Shown here: one piece after another, positions 27,701 to 41,629 of the stretch
Layout of the letters: each line of letters begins with the position of its first letter
How positions within the stretch are numbered: position 1 is the first letter of the stretch
From: Octopus vulgaris
Taxonomy: Eukaryota
DNA length: 64,000 nucleotides
Direction: 5' to 3'
Assembly (NCBI GenBank): GCA_951406725.2
Contig: OX597826.1
Coordinates: 23,312,001 to 23,376,000 of the forward strand
Program-made: the position numbers and the translations under genes
The notes under the pieces: generated by a model
What the model was told of the DNA's origin: nothing
Seen by the model: only the letters and a program-made list of their open reading frames with translations
Databases searched by the model: none

Positions 27701-28412
27701 TTGTCCACCCACCACCATCATCACCATCCTGATGTTGGTGTTTACATCCCCATAATGTAGCACTCAGGCATAAGAGACTGATGGAATAAGTATTAAGCTT
27801 ACAAAGAATAAGTCCTGAGGTCGATTTATTTAACTAAAAAATCCTTTTAAGGCAGTGCTCCAGCATAGCTGCAGTGAAATGACTGAAACAAATGAAAGAT
27901 TAAAAGAAAAATGTAGTCAACATTGACCAATTGTATGTAGGCCCCTGCCCTACATTGTAAGTTCCATGTCAGTTAGCAGATATCTGGGTTGGTTTTTCTG
28001 TTGGCACTTAATGAGTTAGAAATATTACATATGTATATGATATGCATCTTCTTGTTTAGTCTTCAGTTTAAAATTCAAACTTCTAATCCTGCCAAGATTT
28101 ATCCCTTTACAGTAGCTGACCACCAGGGCACACCACATGTTTCCTGTTTTTCCTTCAGTCACAGCACTCTTTGCAATCAATGTCAGTGAGACAGAAGGAA
28201 AGGCATGCGTGTCTTGGAGAAGATGCCTAAAATTTCACCAGTTGTCTGTACCTGGTTGCCAAACTTGCTAGAAACAGCTATCAAATATCCCCCAGATCAC
28301 ATTTTCTCATCTTAGAAATGAGAGACATTTTGGATATAATGCAATCTTGTTGTATGTACTGTACCTAGGAAAATGGGAAATTGTTGGAATGCTTTTAAAC
28401 ATAAGTCTAGAC

Positions 28413-28916
28413 CAGGGGTTGGGAAACTCCCGCAAGCCTGTTTCATCCTGCCCATAGGCTGATATACTCATAAGTACAAAATATAGTAAATTTTTCAATT
28501 ATAAAATTTATACAATATTCGTATGTCTGTTTACGACATAGGTCATGTTTCCACTATGACTTAAAATGGTCAAACGGAAATCGTCTGGTAATTGCCATTT
28601 GAATGGAAATTTTGTTTTCATTATAAAACACATGTTGCTATGTTAGTACCACTCCCCTTGAGACCCAACTACACTCTAGCAGAAAAATATAGAATCTCTC
28701 ATAAGTAATATAAACATCCTAAATTCAGTGGCAGCATGAATGAAGATGTTACGTATTAATTTAATGTGTTAAGTTTATCTATATTAATGTATATTGAATT
28801 ATACATAGATATATACAAAATCTACACAGATATATGAGTTAGAACCTGTGATCCGCCTGCGAACCCTTTCCTTAGGAAATTTTTGCCTGCCACGCTAAAA
28901 AGTTACCCCACCCCTG
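28413..28916. mobile_element. hAT (Charlie-like) MITE
   Basis: TIRs caggggttgggaaac / gttaccccacccctg; imperfect 8-bp TSD gtctagac / gcctaaac resembling the NTCTAGAN target. Confidence 0.75.
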
Positions 28917-31900
28917 GCCTAAACAGTCAGGATTGACCTTAGATTAAACATCAAAATATTGATTCAACCTTCAAAAAAAATTTTTTAACTTTTGAGCATT
29001 AAAACCAGCCAAATCTGGTCACCATGAAGACAGTGTTTTTAACATAAATTGGCCATATTTAATTCTATTGACACATTATTTTAGGTAGTCGCAAAATCTT
29101 TATTAGATTATTTCACAGATGAGAGTAGTAGGGTTTGTTTTAATTTCACATGTTGCTATATCATAACTAGCTTCCCAACCACATTGTGTGGCACCTTTGG
29201 TTGGCCAAAACCTTGTGAGTGGATTTGGTAGGTGGAAACTGAAAGAAGCCCATTGTGTGTGTCTCTGTGTTTCACAAAACACACACAGACACTCACAAAT
29301 TGTAAAAGCATTGGTAGAAGATCAAACAAGATAGCTTGAAGTATTTGGCGGCATCCTTTTACATTCCTTCTTTTGCAGTCAGTAAGTATTAGACAAAGGG
29401 CTGATATAACAGACAAAATCCTCAAAAGATTGCAGCACTCCAGGGATTGAAACTTCTAAAAGGATATCCATGTGGAGATAAATCTTGTCTAGACATGTGC
29501 AAATCTGGGCAAGATTTTTTTAAAATTGTTTTTTTTTTTCATTTTTAGATACCATGCAAGCAAGTCTCCCCTCTGATATACAGCCTAGCAAAAGTGTTAC
29601 TATCAGAACACATAAGAGCTGAAATGGATATTGCAAGGCATCTTGCTTGACATTCTAAACAAACCTGGTCTAAAATTACTTTTTCTAATGCTTTAGAACT
29701 CTGGCCTCTATTTAGCTTCACTGCAAAACTGGCCTTTTTTCTCATAATTTGGAACTCTGGATTCTGCCACCTCCAGCAGCTGGCTTCACTACCATCACTG
29801 ACTAATCTACAAAACTGGCCTATTTTAAATGTTTTTTTGTTGTTGTTATCTGTCCAGTCAGTCCATTGACGTGAGTGGCTGCATTCTTTGTTGTCAGATG
29901 GACATAATGCATTGCTGGAGTTGGTTTACTGTCAGTGTGCATGAAATAAAACACAGCGCCCTTTGTCTACTTATCAGTTACACTAGTTATACTAACTAGA
30001 CATTATTTGCTTCCTTGGCACTCTTTTTTTTCTATTAACTGAGCAAGGTCACTTTGCTAATAATGCTGTCAGGACTTCTGTTGCTGCAAGCCTGCAAGCA
30101 ATAATGGAGAAATACTGCAGTCTTATCAGTTCACATATCTTCTTTTCAAATTATTATTATTATTATTATTTTCACCTTGTTTTGGAACATGTAGTTTTGT
30201 TTTCATTTCGTGTGTGCGTGTGCTTGCATTGAATAACATATTTGATGGTTTATTTTTAAAACTGTAAGAATCGCATGACAATCTCTTTCATTTTGCTGCA
30301 AAATCTAAATAGGACAAAGTTCTTTATCATCCTCATCATCACCATCATCAGCAACTATATTTAAACTGCACCAACATGGGAAAAATGGATATGTTTGGTG
30401 AGTCATCATCCTATCATCCATTTTACCAAACTGGAGTGGTCTGTGGTTAAAATAACTTTGCAACACACACACAACAGGAGTTAAGTCTGCCTTCATTTGA
30501 CATTGTTTATCATGTATGTATAAATTCCAATTTTGTCAGGATTGTTCATATTGCTTAAGTCTTTCTTGAGCTACCATTAACTCACAAAACTTCTTGCCTC
30601 AGCATGTACTATCTATTTGTCTTATTTACACACACACACACACACAGAAAGAGAGAGAGAGGTGTATTAGTCTAGTTATCTCTTTATCTCTTCTGTATTA
30701 TGTATATACATTAGTTACTCTTGTTGATGTTCACTTTGTCTAAAAATGCACTCAAGCACTCTCTTTCTCAATGACAATATTACTTTTGAAGTCTCCTATT
30801 AACTTGTGAAATGACTGGATGAGGGGTTTTGTGTGTGTGTATGGTATTTTATTGTCCTTGCTAATGAATTATCAGCCATTTATAAAACATTTTTTCTTCT
30901 CCCCATTCTTATGGTTTTAATCTTGTAAAAATAAGTTGATTGTCAGAAAATATTTAAAAAAAAATTAGAAATATACAAGAAACCCATCACAAAATTTCCC
31001 TGCTGTTGAGTGATAGCAATAGAAAGTTTTTTGGGTCAAATATACTCTTAGAAGCAGTCTTTCTGATTTGTGTGGGTGTATAGAAATCTTTTAAGCTTTT
31101 TCTGCTTTTTTTTTTATCATTTTTCTTTTGTGAGCGCTGTCTTAATGATCATTGATGTTAGTTTATCATTGCATTCATTGTATATTGTTTTCCTTCCAAA
31201 AGTAGATTAATCTAAAGAGAAAAAAGAAGAGGAAAAAAAATAGTCACAGATTATATCTGTTGTTGTATTCTGTAACTGGAACAGCAATTTCTGATGGTAT
31301 TAAGTTTGATTTGCCATTAGTTGAACTGTAAAATAGGTTGAACTCCCAACTCACCTAGGTGGGAGGTTAAAGGTGCTGCTTTCTATTTCAAGATCACCTG
31401 AGGACTGAAAGAAAGAAATTGTTGTGTTTATCTGTTGGATTACCACACTGTCAGATTACTTCATTTAATAATGTAAGGTTTCAGTTTGGAGAAATAAGTG
31501 CCTGCAGTGGGGAAAGTGTTATAGAGCAGGTGTTGAGCTCTTGGTTGGAAAATGGCTATATTTTAGATATTTCCAGACAATGCTAGCATGTGTAAAACAT
31601 GTTAAAGCAATAATATTGATGAAATAAAGTTGTTTTTTTTTTTTTACCTGAGAACACCCCTGGTTCTCTGATAAAAAAGATTCCATGCTTTAAAGTAAAA
31701 AGTTAAAAACCTTCCATTAAAATTTCATAATTCTTTATTTTCCAAGCCAAGTGAAATTCTAGTTATGGCCATTGCTAGTGTCATGTAAATGGCACCCATG
31801 AAATCGTAATTGTGGCTGTTGCCGGTAGCATGATCTTTGAATGTTGGGCCTCATCAAGGCAATGGCAAGTGATTGAGACCCTTTGCGATATGCTGTACAT

Positions 31901-34384
31901 GAGAAGCTTTATCATGCCAAGTGAAATCATAGTCATGGCTGTTGCCGGTGCCATGTAAATGGCACCCATGCCAGTGGCACATAAACAGCGCCTGTTACAC
32001 TCTTGGGGTGGTTGGCATTAGAAATCGCATCCAGCCATAGAAACCATGCCAAATCTAACTGGAACCTGATGCAGCTCTTCCAGCTTACCAGTTCCAGTCA
32101 AACCATCTGACCCATGCCAGATGCTAAATGATGACGATGAATTCTTTATTTTCAAAACTAATTGAAATAAAGGTAGTATATTCCAAGAGTAATTCTTTTC
32201 TACTCTAGGCACAAGGCCCAAAATTTTTGGGGGAGTGGGGCCAGTCAATTAGATCGACCCCAGTATGCAACTGGTACTTAATTTATTGACCTGAAAGGAT
32301 GAAAGGCAAAGTCAACCTTGGCGGAATTTGAACTCAGAACGTAAAGACAGACGAAATACCGCTAAGCATTTCACCCGGCATGCTAACGTTTCTGCCAGCT
32401 TACCACCTTGATCCTAGTTTAATAATGAGAAAGTAATTCTACAAAAGTCTATTCTTGCAATTGATTGAAAACAAAGACAACCTTTTTCGACAGAAATATG
32501 ATAACAAAAGGGTTAAATCAATTTTGGATTATTGATAAGAAGCAAAAACTGAGTCAATAAACTACTAAAGTGAGGTCTTAGCTCACTGATTATAACTTGA
32601 TAGCCTACTTATCTAAGATAACTTTCTAATATTTAAACTTGACATTGTAAGCTAAGAAAGCAATTACTAATTTATTACCTATAACTGTGAGCCAATGAGG
32701 GAGCAATTACATGATTGCTTGCTTTGCTAGAAATAGTAGCCAAATTGGCCTCATTCATAATGCTCTACTGTTTTATAAACAACAAACACTCATCATGCAA
32801 TGTAGTCTCTGATATATAAATTGACAGAATGGTCACAGCTGGAATGCTTTTAACCATAGTTCTTTCCAGTGTGAGATGTTGTGAGCCATTTCAGGGTATC
32901 TTTCTTTTTCTAAGGATACAGAGGACTGCAGGTGTGTGTTGAATGTCAAGTTGTTGGCCAGTTAGTCAGTCAGTCTGACTCAGTACATTTTATATTTGAG
33001 TGATTACCATTGAGAACGATGCTCAACTTTAAAAAAAAAAAAGACCTGTTTTGAATGCTTTAACAAATGTCCCTTAAATAAGATGGCCAGAATTCAGACA
33101 TTTGCGATCTTATTGAACCCCAAGGAACTTGTAAAACCTTGATAAAAATAGTTCTTAGATCTTACAAATGCTTCTTTGCTCTGTAAGCTGTACAGTAACC
33201 CTCCCCCCTTCCCATATTGAATTCTACGAGTTATGGTCACTAATTTCACAATTAGGACAAGGTTGTTTGGGATGTGTGTGTGTGTATCTTGTTTCAGTCA
33301 TCAGACTGCGACCAAGCTGAGGCACCATCTTGAACAAATCAACCCCAGGAATTTTTTTTTTCTTTCCTACTCTAGTCACAAGGCCCAAAATTTTTGGGGA
33401 GGGGGCCAGTCAATTAGATCAACCCCAGTATGCAACTGGTACTTAATTTATTGATCCCGAAAGGATGAAAGGCAAAATCTACCTTGGCAGAATTTGAACT
33501 CAGAACAGACAAAATATCGCTAAGCATTTCGCCCGGCATCCTTAAAAAAAAATGTTTCAGCCTGAAGGCTGCGGCCATGCTGGGGCACCACCGCATGCTA
33601 ACATTTCTGCAAGCTCACTGCCATTTTTTTTTAAAGCCAAGTACTGTCGAACTGCTAAGTTATGGGAATGTAAACATACTAACACCAGTTGTCAAGTGGT
33701 GATGGGGAGACAAACCACACAGACATACACACAACGGGCTTCTTTCAGTTTCCATCTGCCAAATCCACTCACAACGCTTTGATTAGCCCAAGGCTTTAGT
33801 AGATGATGTGCCATGTATATATGTACACATATATATAATTTCTTATATATCTCTCACATCTTTTTCTTGCTCATTCTGTGTCACAACTTTCCCTTTAGTT
33901 GCCTGGAGCTCCAGTGCTCATGCACGTGTGTGTGTAGTGGTGGGGGATGTAACTAGTGATTTTCAACAGCTGCAGAGGAATAGCGTCAGCAACCGACCAG
34001 CCTACAGATGTGTGACAAAATATGAGAAAAAATTTTGACACCTGTAGTTGTGATACCAGTGCCAGTGGCACGTAAGAGAACCATCCGTTCGTGACTGTTG
34101 CCAGCCTCGCCTGGCCCTCATGCCGGTGGCACGTAAAAAGCACCATCCGATCATGGCTGTTTGCCAGCCTCGTCTGGCACGTAAAAAGCACCCACTACAC
34201 TCATGGAGTGGTTGGCGTTAAGATGGGCATCCAGCCGTAGAAACATTGCCAGATCAGATTGGGCCTGGTGCAGCCTTCTGGCTTCCCAGACCCCAGTTGA
34301 ACCGTCCAACCCATGCTAGCATGGAAAGCGGACGCTAAACGATGATGATGATGATGATGATTAGCATAACTAACAAAAACAAAA

Positions 34385-34737
34385 ATAAGAGCACTTGGAG
34401 AGCACAAACCTCCTCCAAGATAACACTGACGACCTCTCAACGATTGGCCAGAGATGATTTTTAAAATGAGAATATCTGAAATAACCTCAACTGCTCTCAC
34501 AAATGAGAATACTAAAAATGAACCTGACCACTCTCAAAAATAAAGTAAAAAAAAACAAAAAAAAATCCAGAATCTTTGTCCAGTACAGGATCGATCCCAA
34601 AATCTAATCAGCTCGTGGCAGTTATGAGGCCAAATATCCCTGAAAGTTTCATTGGAATCCATCCAGCGTTCTTGAGATATCTTATCCATGGACAAACAAA
34701 CAACTGGAAACAATACCTCTGCTAAGGCAGAGGTAAT
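34385..34737. mobile_element. HINE/DINE-like (Helentron-associated) non-autonomous element
   Basis: Terminal stem-loop tacctctgc-taag-gcagaggta (34714-34735), related subterminal motif acctcctcc near 34408, (CAAA)n tract, A-rich flanks. Confidence 0.55.
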
Positions 34738-35425
34738 AAATAGGTATGAATGTGTGTGTGTGTATGTGGCTATTATGAATACAACCCATGATAGACAATT
34801 GTTTCAGGTTTAGAATCTCAAATCAAGTCACCAAACAAGTATAACTTTGAAATATGTGCATGTGTGTTGTCTTTTTTTTTTTTATTTGTTTTTGTTTTTT
34901 TGTTTCAGCTATTCAATTGTAACGATATATATGTGTGTGTGCGTTTTATAAACGTATATGATACAAATTGCAGGTGATCATAAAAATAATATACATATAT
35001 AGATAGATAAGTTAGGTAGATAATCTTTTACTTGTTTCAGTCATTAGACTGTGGCCATGCTGGGGCACTGCTTTAGTCATTTGACTGCAGCCGTGCTGGA
35101 GCACTACCTTTAGTCAAGCAAATCAACACCAGGGCTTATTCTTTGTAAGCCTAGTACTTATTCTATTGGTCTCTTTTGCCAAACAGCTAAGTTACGGGGA
35201 TGTAAACACACCTGCATCAGTTGTCAAGTGATGTTGGGGGGACAAACACACACACGTACATATACGATGGGCTTCTTTCAGTTTCCGTCTACCAAATCCA
35301 TTCACAAGGCTTTGGTTGGCCTGAGACTATAGTAGAAGACACTTGCCCAAGGTGCCATGCAGTGGGACTGAACCTGGGACCATGTGGTTGGTAGGCAAGC
35401 TACTTAGCACACAGCCACTCCTGTG

Positions 35426-35461
<36 letters not shown>

Positions 35462-35986
35462 TCTTATTCTATTGGTCTCTTTTGCAGAACTGCTAAGTTA
35501 CAGGAACGTAAATACACCAACACCAGTTGTCAAGCATTGGGGAGGACAAGCACAGACACACATACAACAGGTTTCTTTCAGTTTCCATCTACCAGGTCCA
35601 CACACAAGGCCTTAGTCAGCCTAAGTCTATAGTAGAAGACACTTGCCGAAGCTGCCATGCAGTAAGACTGAACCCAGAACCATGTGGTTGGGAAGCAAAC
35701 TACTTACCACACAGCCACACCTGCATTATATATAATTTCTTTTTTTTTTTACAAATATTTTGAAGAAAAACGAATGGGAACTGATTGTTTTTGCATTTTT
35801 TTTCTTTGTTATTAAAATTGAATAAAATTGAACTGCAAGTAATTTTGTGTGTGCGCAAAATTGCATTGGACTCCCTGGCCAATAACTGATGAAGAGTTGG
35901 TGACCTGTGTCTGTTTGTACCCTTAAGTTTTGTTACCTTTACACATACATATATATATTTATTTATTTCTTTTTCTATATTTCTAG

Positions 35987-36070
35987 GGAGATCAGTCTAC
36001 TTAAACAGCTCCACCATAAGAACATCATTAAATTGATTGATGTTCTTTACAATGAAGAGAAACAGAAAAT
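35987..36070 (+). CDS. STK11: STK11/LKB1 coding exon 2 (84 nt)
   Basis: Acceptor ttctag|G. Encodes [27 protein letters not shown](M), matching human LKB1 [28 protein letters not shown]. Length equals human exon 2. Followed by the U12 donor GTATCCTT. Confidence 0.97.
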
Positions 36071-36779
36071 GTATCCTTCTATTCATTTGCCAGCATCTTG
36101 TATGTTTTTCTGTTTTTTCTTTCTTTTCATTTCTTTCTCAACTCTTCTGCCAGCAAGCAGGCTAGTTAAACTATTAGTTAAATCTGAGCTACTTTAATCA
36201 ATGTAGTGGGCCAAAAAGTTTTTTAATCAGTTAAAGTTACATCCATAACAAAAGAGAAGTTAGTGTTAGTAACAATTTTTGTCAAGAGGGACAAAAGGAG
36301 AGAATTCTGAAATTTAAACTGATTAAAAATTAAATGGATTTAAGCAGTTAACTTTAGGTTGTGTCTAATATTCAGAACTATCTGATGATGTCTAAACTTT
36401 TCTTTTTATTATTGTCTGATATAAGGCAACAAGCTGGCAGAATCATTAGCACTCCTGGTGAAATGCTTAGTTGTATTTCGTCAGCCAGTACGTTCTGTGT
36501 TCAAATTCTGCTGAGGTCGACTTTTCCTTTCATCCTTTTGGGGTTGATGAAATAAGTACCAGTTATGCACTAGGGTTGATATAATCGATGAGCCTACTTC
36601 CCCCAAAATTTTCAAAGGCCTTGTGCCTAGATTAGAAATGATTACTGTTTAATATAGTTTTGTTTAGATCATTTTATCAGTGTGAGTTTAAAGATTGAGG
36701 GCAACTGACAACTGAAACAAAGAGCCGTGTGTTTTATATTGCAATGAGCTCAATCACTGGTTTACATCATTTATGATGT

Positions 36780-37308
36780 AAACCAGGCAGGACAAGTGAG
36801 CCCAGCCCACTTATGCATGCCTTTCCTCCCTTGGACACAAAGACCTGTTGAGGCAAGCGAAGTCGATATCGAACCTCATCCGACGACAGGCACCCATGCC
36901 AACCCCCTTTGCTTGCGAAGACATGTTGGGGCAAGTGAAATCGAAATAATCCTATGACTGGCACCCGGCAGATGCCAGGACCCCTGGACTGGTGGTACGT
37001 AAAAAGCACTATCCAAATCGTGGCCGATGCCAGCGCCGCCTCGACTGGCTTCCGTGCCGGTGGCACGTAAATTGCACCAATCCAACCGTGGCTGTTGCCA
37101 GCCTTGCCTGGCACCTGTGCGGGTGGCACGTAAAAAGCACCCACTACACTCACGGAGTGGTTGGCGTTAGGTAGGGCATCCAGCTGTAGAAACATTGCCA
37201 GATAAGACTGGAGCCTGGTGCAGCCTTCTGGCTTCCTAGATCCCTGGTCGAACCGTCCAACCCATGCTAGCATGGAGAACGGACGTTAAACGATGATGAT
37301 GATGATGA
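36780..37308 (+). mobile_element. SINE/retroposon family C with (GAT)n tail (representative)
   Basis: Internal gccggtggcacgtaaaaagcac repeats; 3' part ggagtggttggcgttagg...ccatgctagcatgga...gacgttaaacgatgatgat. Other copies at 11620-11947, 34040-34360, 44010-44430 (+) and 40184-40470 (-). Confidence 0.8.
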
Positions 37309-38849
37309 TAACCAAACTGACAAGGGAGTGTGTATAACTCAGTTCCGAACAAATATTTAAAAAAAAAGTAGTAGAATTTCTTTTGCTTTTCTTGTTCAAA
37401 ATTTACCTCCTTCATTGAAAGATGGGCTTCCTTGTAATTTCCATGTGCCAAGTTCTACTCACAATATATTGGTCAACTCGAAGCTACAGTAGAAGATAAT
37501 TACCAAAAGGCATCATGCAGTGAGATTGAACCCAGAACTACTTAGTTGAGAACTGAATATCTTAGCCACTTAGCTATGCCTATTTTGTGACATTTTTTGT
37601 ATGCTTTGTTCAGATGTCTGAAATGTTTCACATTTGCAAAGGTCAGTGTTAATGAAATTCATAAGGTTCTTGACATCCACAAATTATATTATTACTTTTA
37701 ATCGCTTTCAGCTGCTTGACTTTATTGTGGTTGTTATTGTTGTTGCTGCAGCTAGCTGCTATTGATTAAATTGTTTATACAAACATTTGATTATTATTAG
37801 TATTAAGGCAGTGAGCTGGCAGAATTGTTAGCACACTGGACAAAATGCTTAGCAGTATTTTGCCCCTTTGCTACGTTCTGAGTTCAAATTCTGCCAAGAT
37901 CAACTTTACCTTTCATCCTTTCTTGGTCAATAAATTAAGTACCAGTTGAGTAATAGGGTCAGTGTAATTGACTATTACCCTCCCCCAAATTTCAGACCTT
38001 GTGACTATAATAGAAAAGATTATTATTATTTAGGCAATGAACTAGCAGAACCATTAGCATGCCAGGCAAAATGCATAATGGCATTTTGTCCATCTTCGCA
38101 TTCTGAATTCAAATTCCGCCAAGGTTGACTTTGCTTTTCATCCTTTCAGGGTTGATAAAATAAGTACCAGTTGAGTACTGGAGGTTGATGTAATCGATTT
38201 ATTCCCTCCTTGAAATTGTTGGCCTTGTGCCAGAATTTGAAACTATTATTATTATTATTGCATCATCAATCTAGTCCGATTATTTTATCTGTACATGTAA
38301 TTGCTTCTAGTCCCTCACAGAGAGTCTACACTAACTTTGAAAAATCCTCCTACTGTCATTACACGATCATGATAACTCTATAAATAACACTCTAACATTT
38401 AACTTTTTACTAGATATGTTTCTTGTTTAGGCCTCATCTTCTCTGTTGGATTCATTTTCATCATCTAACATTCATTTTCTATGCAGGCCTGGGTTGGATG
38501 ATTGGCAAGAGCTGGCAAGCCAGAGATCTGCACCAAGTTCCAGCTGTCTGTTTCAGCAATGTTTCTACCGCTGGATGCCCTTCTTTATGCCAACCGCTTT
38601 ACAGACTGTACTTGGGTGCTTTTTATGTGGCACCAGCACAAAATTCATCTCAAACTCTCCTTCTCTGCTCTGCAGTTGTCTAACACAAAATTTTTTTCAC
38701 TCCTTCAACCATAACAGGGTTTTTGGTCCTGATGAGGTTCTTTTCATTATCCTCAAGCCAGGGTATGAGATCTCTTGCCACAGCTATTTTGGTACCACTT
38801 ATTGGGCATTGCTGATTCAACACTAACTTGACATCAGACATTTTAATGT

Positions 38850-38960
38850 TTCTCTCTCCCTCCTTCTCTTCCTCTCTCCCTCCCTCTCTTCCTCTCTCCC
38901 TCCCTCTCTTCCTCTCTCTCTCCCTCTCTTCCTCTCTCTCTCTTCCACCCCTCTCTCTCG
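38850..38960. repeat. CT-rich polypyrimidine simple repeat
   Basis: (CT)n and CCTCT runs; a similar tract lies at 52890-53080. Confidence 0.9.
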
Positions 38961-39580
38961 CCATCCTTATCTTTCTCAGTCACTCTATCTGTATGTTTAT
39001 ATTTCTGTGCATTCATGTGTGTATGTCTGTTTGCCTACAGTGCCAAAAAGTACTTTCATCAAAACAGGTTGAATGTCCAGTCAGCCATGTCAATCATCAG
39101 CATCCTAACAGCTGTACCCAGTTGTCTCATTCTGCTCAATCCATGCTTCAGAGCCTCCTGCTGCTTATTCTCATTAAATTCATCAATCTTTCCCTCCATT
39201 GGGATACAGCCAATCTGTCAAACCACTTTACAGTATGATCCATTCTCAAAAAGGGCTCTTTCTCTGACTGACCATTACTGGCTATCTCTCTCCCCTCTTC
39301 TCTCATTGTTGACAGAAACAGTCTTAAATAAATCATTTTGTCCAACTTCTGTCACTCTCTCTCTCTCTCTCCCTCCTTTCTCAGATACAGCTAATATGGT
39401 TTCTGCAGGACTGGTTTTAGTAGGGACCTTACCTCCTGAGAATATAGGTGAAAGCAGTGTTGCCCTTCACATGAGTACAACCTTTGATGCTTCTTGGGAA
39501 CCTCCTGGAATGGTACTGCTACACATACACAAGCATGTAGTTATACTAAAGGGACAGAGGATGTTGAAATATTAAAATTA

Positions 39581-39951
39581 CAGTGATACCTCACCATACA
39601 AGATTAATTTCTTCCATGACCAAGCTCATCTTACAATTTATGCGTTTTACAAATCAACTTTCCCCATTGAAATTAACTACAATGTAATTAATCCATTTCA
39701 GCCTCCAAAAACCACTCAATAATTTTTTTATGGGTTTTAAAACAGAAAAAGTAAAGTTACAATGTAGTTAAATGGCAATTATAAAAAAGATAATGCAAAA
39801 GAAATATGTAAACTGGTTTTATTAACTGAATTACCTTAGAGATGGGACAATTTGTGTACTCATCATACTGTAAGACAAAAATTCACACATGTCTCGGCTC
39901 GTACAGCAAATTACTCATACAATGAGACCCTTGTATTGTGAGGTTCTGCTG
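39581..39951. mobile_element. Tigger/pogo-like MITE
   Basis: TIRs cagtgatacctcaccatacaag / cttgtattgtgaggttctgctg with TA TSD; ends about 110 bp upstream of the U12 branch site. Confidence 0.75.
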
Positions 39952-40082
39952 TATTTGATTCCCCAAAGTCAACTTTGGTCAGGTGTCAAAACATAAGGCA
40001 TGGGGAAGTGGCAGGCCACTGTTAGGCAGGGGAGAAATTTCTATCATTTTTGAATGTTTGTTCTTTAACTAAGATATCACAG

Positions 40083-40172
40083 GTATATGGTGATGGAGTT
40101 CTGTGTCGGCGAATTGCAAGAGATGCTTGAAAATACTCCAGAGAAAAAGTTTCCAGTTTGGCAGGCCCATGG
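40083..40172 (+). CDS. STK11: STK11/LKB1 coding exon 3 (90 nt)
   Basis: cacag|G TAT ATG GTG ATG GAG...; encodes [29 protein letters not shown](G); donor GG|gtgagt. Not in the supplied ORF track. Confidence 0.97.
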
Positions 40173-40984
40173 GTGAGTATGAGGTCATCATCATTTAACG
40201 TCCGCTTTCCATGCTAGCATGAGTTGGATGATTTGACTGAGGTCTGGTGAACCAGATGGCTGCACCAGGCTCCAGTCTGACCTGGCAGAGTTTCTACAGC
40301 TGGATGCCCTTCCTAACGCCAACTACTCCGAGAGTGTAGTGGGTGCTTTTATGTGCTACCGACACAAGAGCCAGTCAGGTGGTACTGACAATAGCCACAC
40401 TCAAATGTTACTTTTTATGTGCCACCTGCACAGGAGCCAGTCCAGCGGCACTGGCAGTGACCTCGCTCGAGGTTTTATAATATAGATATTTCTGTTTGCT
40501 GTTAAGCTTTCTTTAAAACTGGACCAAAAAGATATTGTAGACTGGAATTCATTTCATATATTCTTTTATTTGTTTCAGTCATTTGAGTGTGGCCATGCTG
40601 GAGCACTGCCTTTAGTCAAACAAATCAACCCCAGGACTTATTCTTTGTAAGCCTGGTACTTATTCTATCGGTCTATTTCGCCAAACTGCTAAGTTACAGG
40701 GACGTAAGCACACCAACAGCAGTTGTTAAGCAATGGTGGTGGTGGTGGTGGGCGGGGGGCAAACACAGACACACTAACATATATATACATATACATATAT
40801 ATATATATACACACACACACACGACAGGCTTCTTTCAGTTTCCATTTACCAAATCCACTCACAAGGCTTCGGTCGACCTGAGGCTATAGTAGAAGACAGT
40901 TGCCCTAGGTGCTACGCAGTGGGAATGAACTTGGAACCATGTGGTTGGTAAGCAAGCTACTTACCATACAACCACTCGTGCGCC

Positions 40985-40985
40985 T

Positions 40986-41036
<51 letters not shown>

Positions 41037-41135
41037 TATATACATATATATATATATACACACACACACATATATACATATATATATATATACACTCATA
41101 CACACACATATATACATATATATACACACACACAC
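40985..41135. repeat. Compound (TA)n/(CA)n microsatellite
   Basis: Directly visible; source of the low-complexity YI/HT ORFs in the track. Confidence 0.95.
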
Positions 41136-41629
41136 ATGTGTGTGCATGTAGATGTGCATGGCTTAGTGGGTTGCACCAGTGATCATAGAATTGTGGTTTT
41201 GATTCCTGGAGCAGGCAATGTTCTTGAGCAAAACACTTCATTTCACATTACTCCCATCCACTCAGCTGGCAAAAGTGAATATTTCTGTGGTAGACTGGCA
41301 TCCTGTCCAGGGAAGAATATGTATAGGCCACAGAATCCAGTAAACTAACCTTACAAGCCATAGCTTAAAAAAGGTTTTTATCCTTTAGATACAGGTGTGT
41401 GTGTATAAACATTGAACAATGAGAATGTGCGTTCACCATCACATGGATGTATAAAATTTCTTTGTGTATTGAGACTACTATTGGTTTCATATTAAAATAT
41501 CTTAATATCTTTCTCTCTATATATATGTGTGTGTGTGTGTATATATATATATACATATATATATATATAAAACATTATTGGTGAATTGAAGAAATGGAGC
41601 TGAACGCAGATTGAACAGAAATCGTTTTA

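Larger units (their letters stand above)
36071..40082 (+). other. U12-type (minor spliceosome) intron, GT-AG subtype, STK11 intron 2
   Basis: 5' end GTATCCTTC (U12 consensus RTATCCTTT); branch site TTCTTTAAC at 40061-40069, 13 nt before the intron end; no polypyrimidine tract between branch site and AG; same position as the U12 intron 2 of human STK11. Confidence 0.93.

Noticed and set aside
1-35986. STK11 exon 1 (start codon, GEGSYG loop, RAVK lysine)
   Set aside because: No such peptide in the ORF track or seen by eye; it probably lies upstream of the window.
36767-37273. 168-aa ORF, and similar 100-170 aa ORFs at 23747, 58712 and 10569
   Set aside because: Chance open frames through SINE sequence; the same peptides recur wherever the SINE does.
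39015-39575. 186-aa ORF inside intron 2
   Set aside because: Low-complexity, overlaps CT/GT repeats, no domain motifs.
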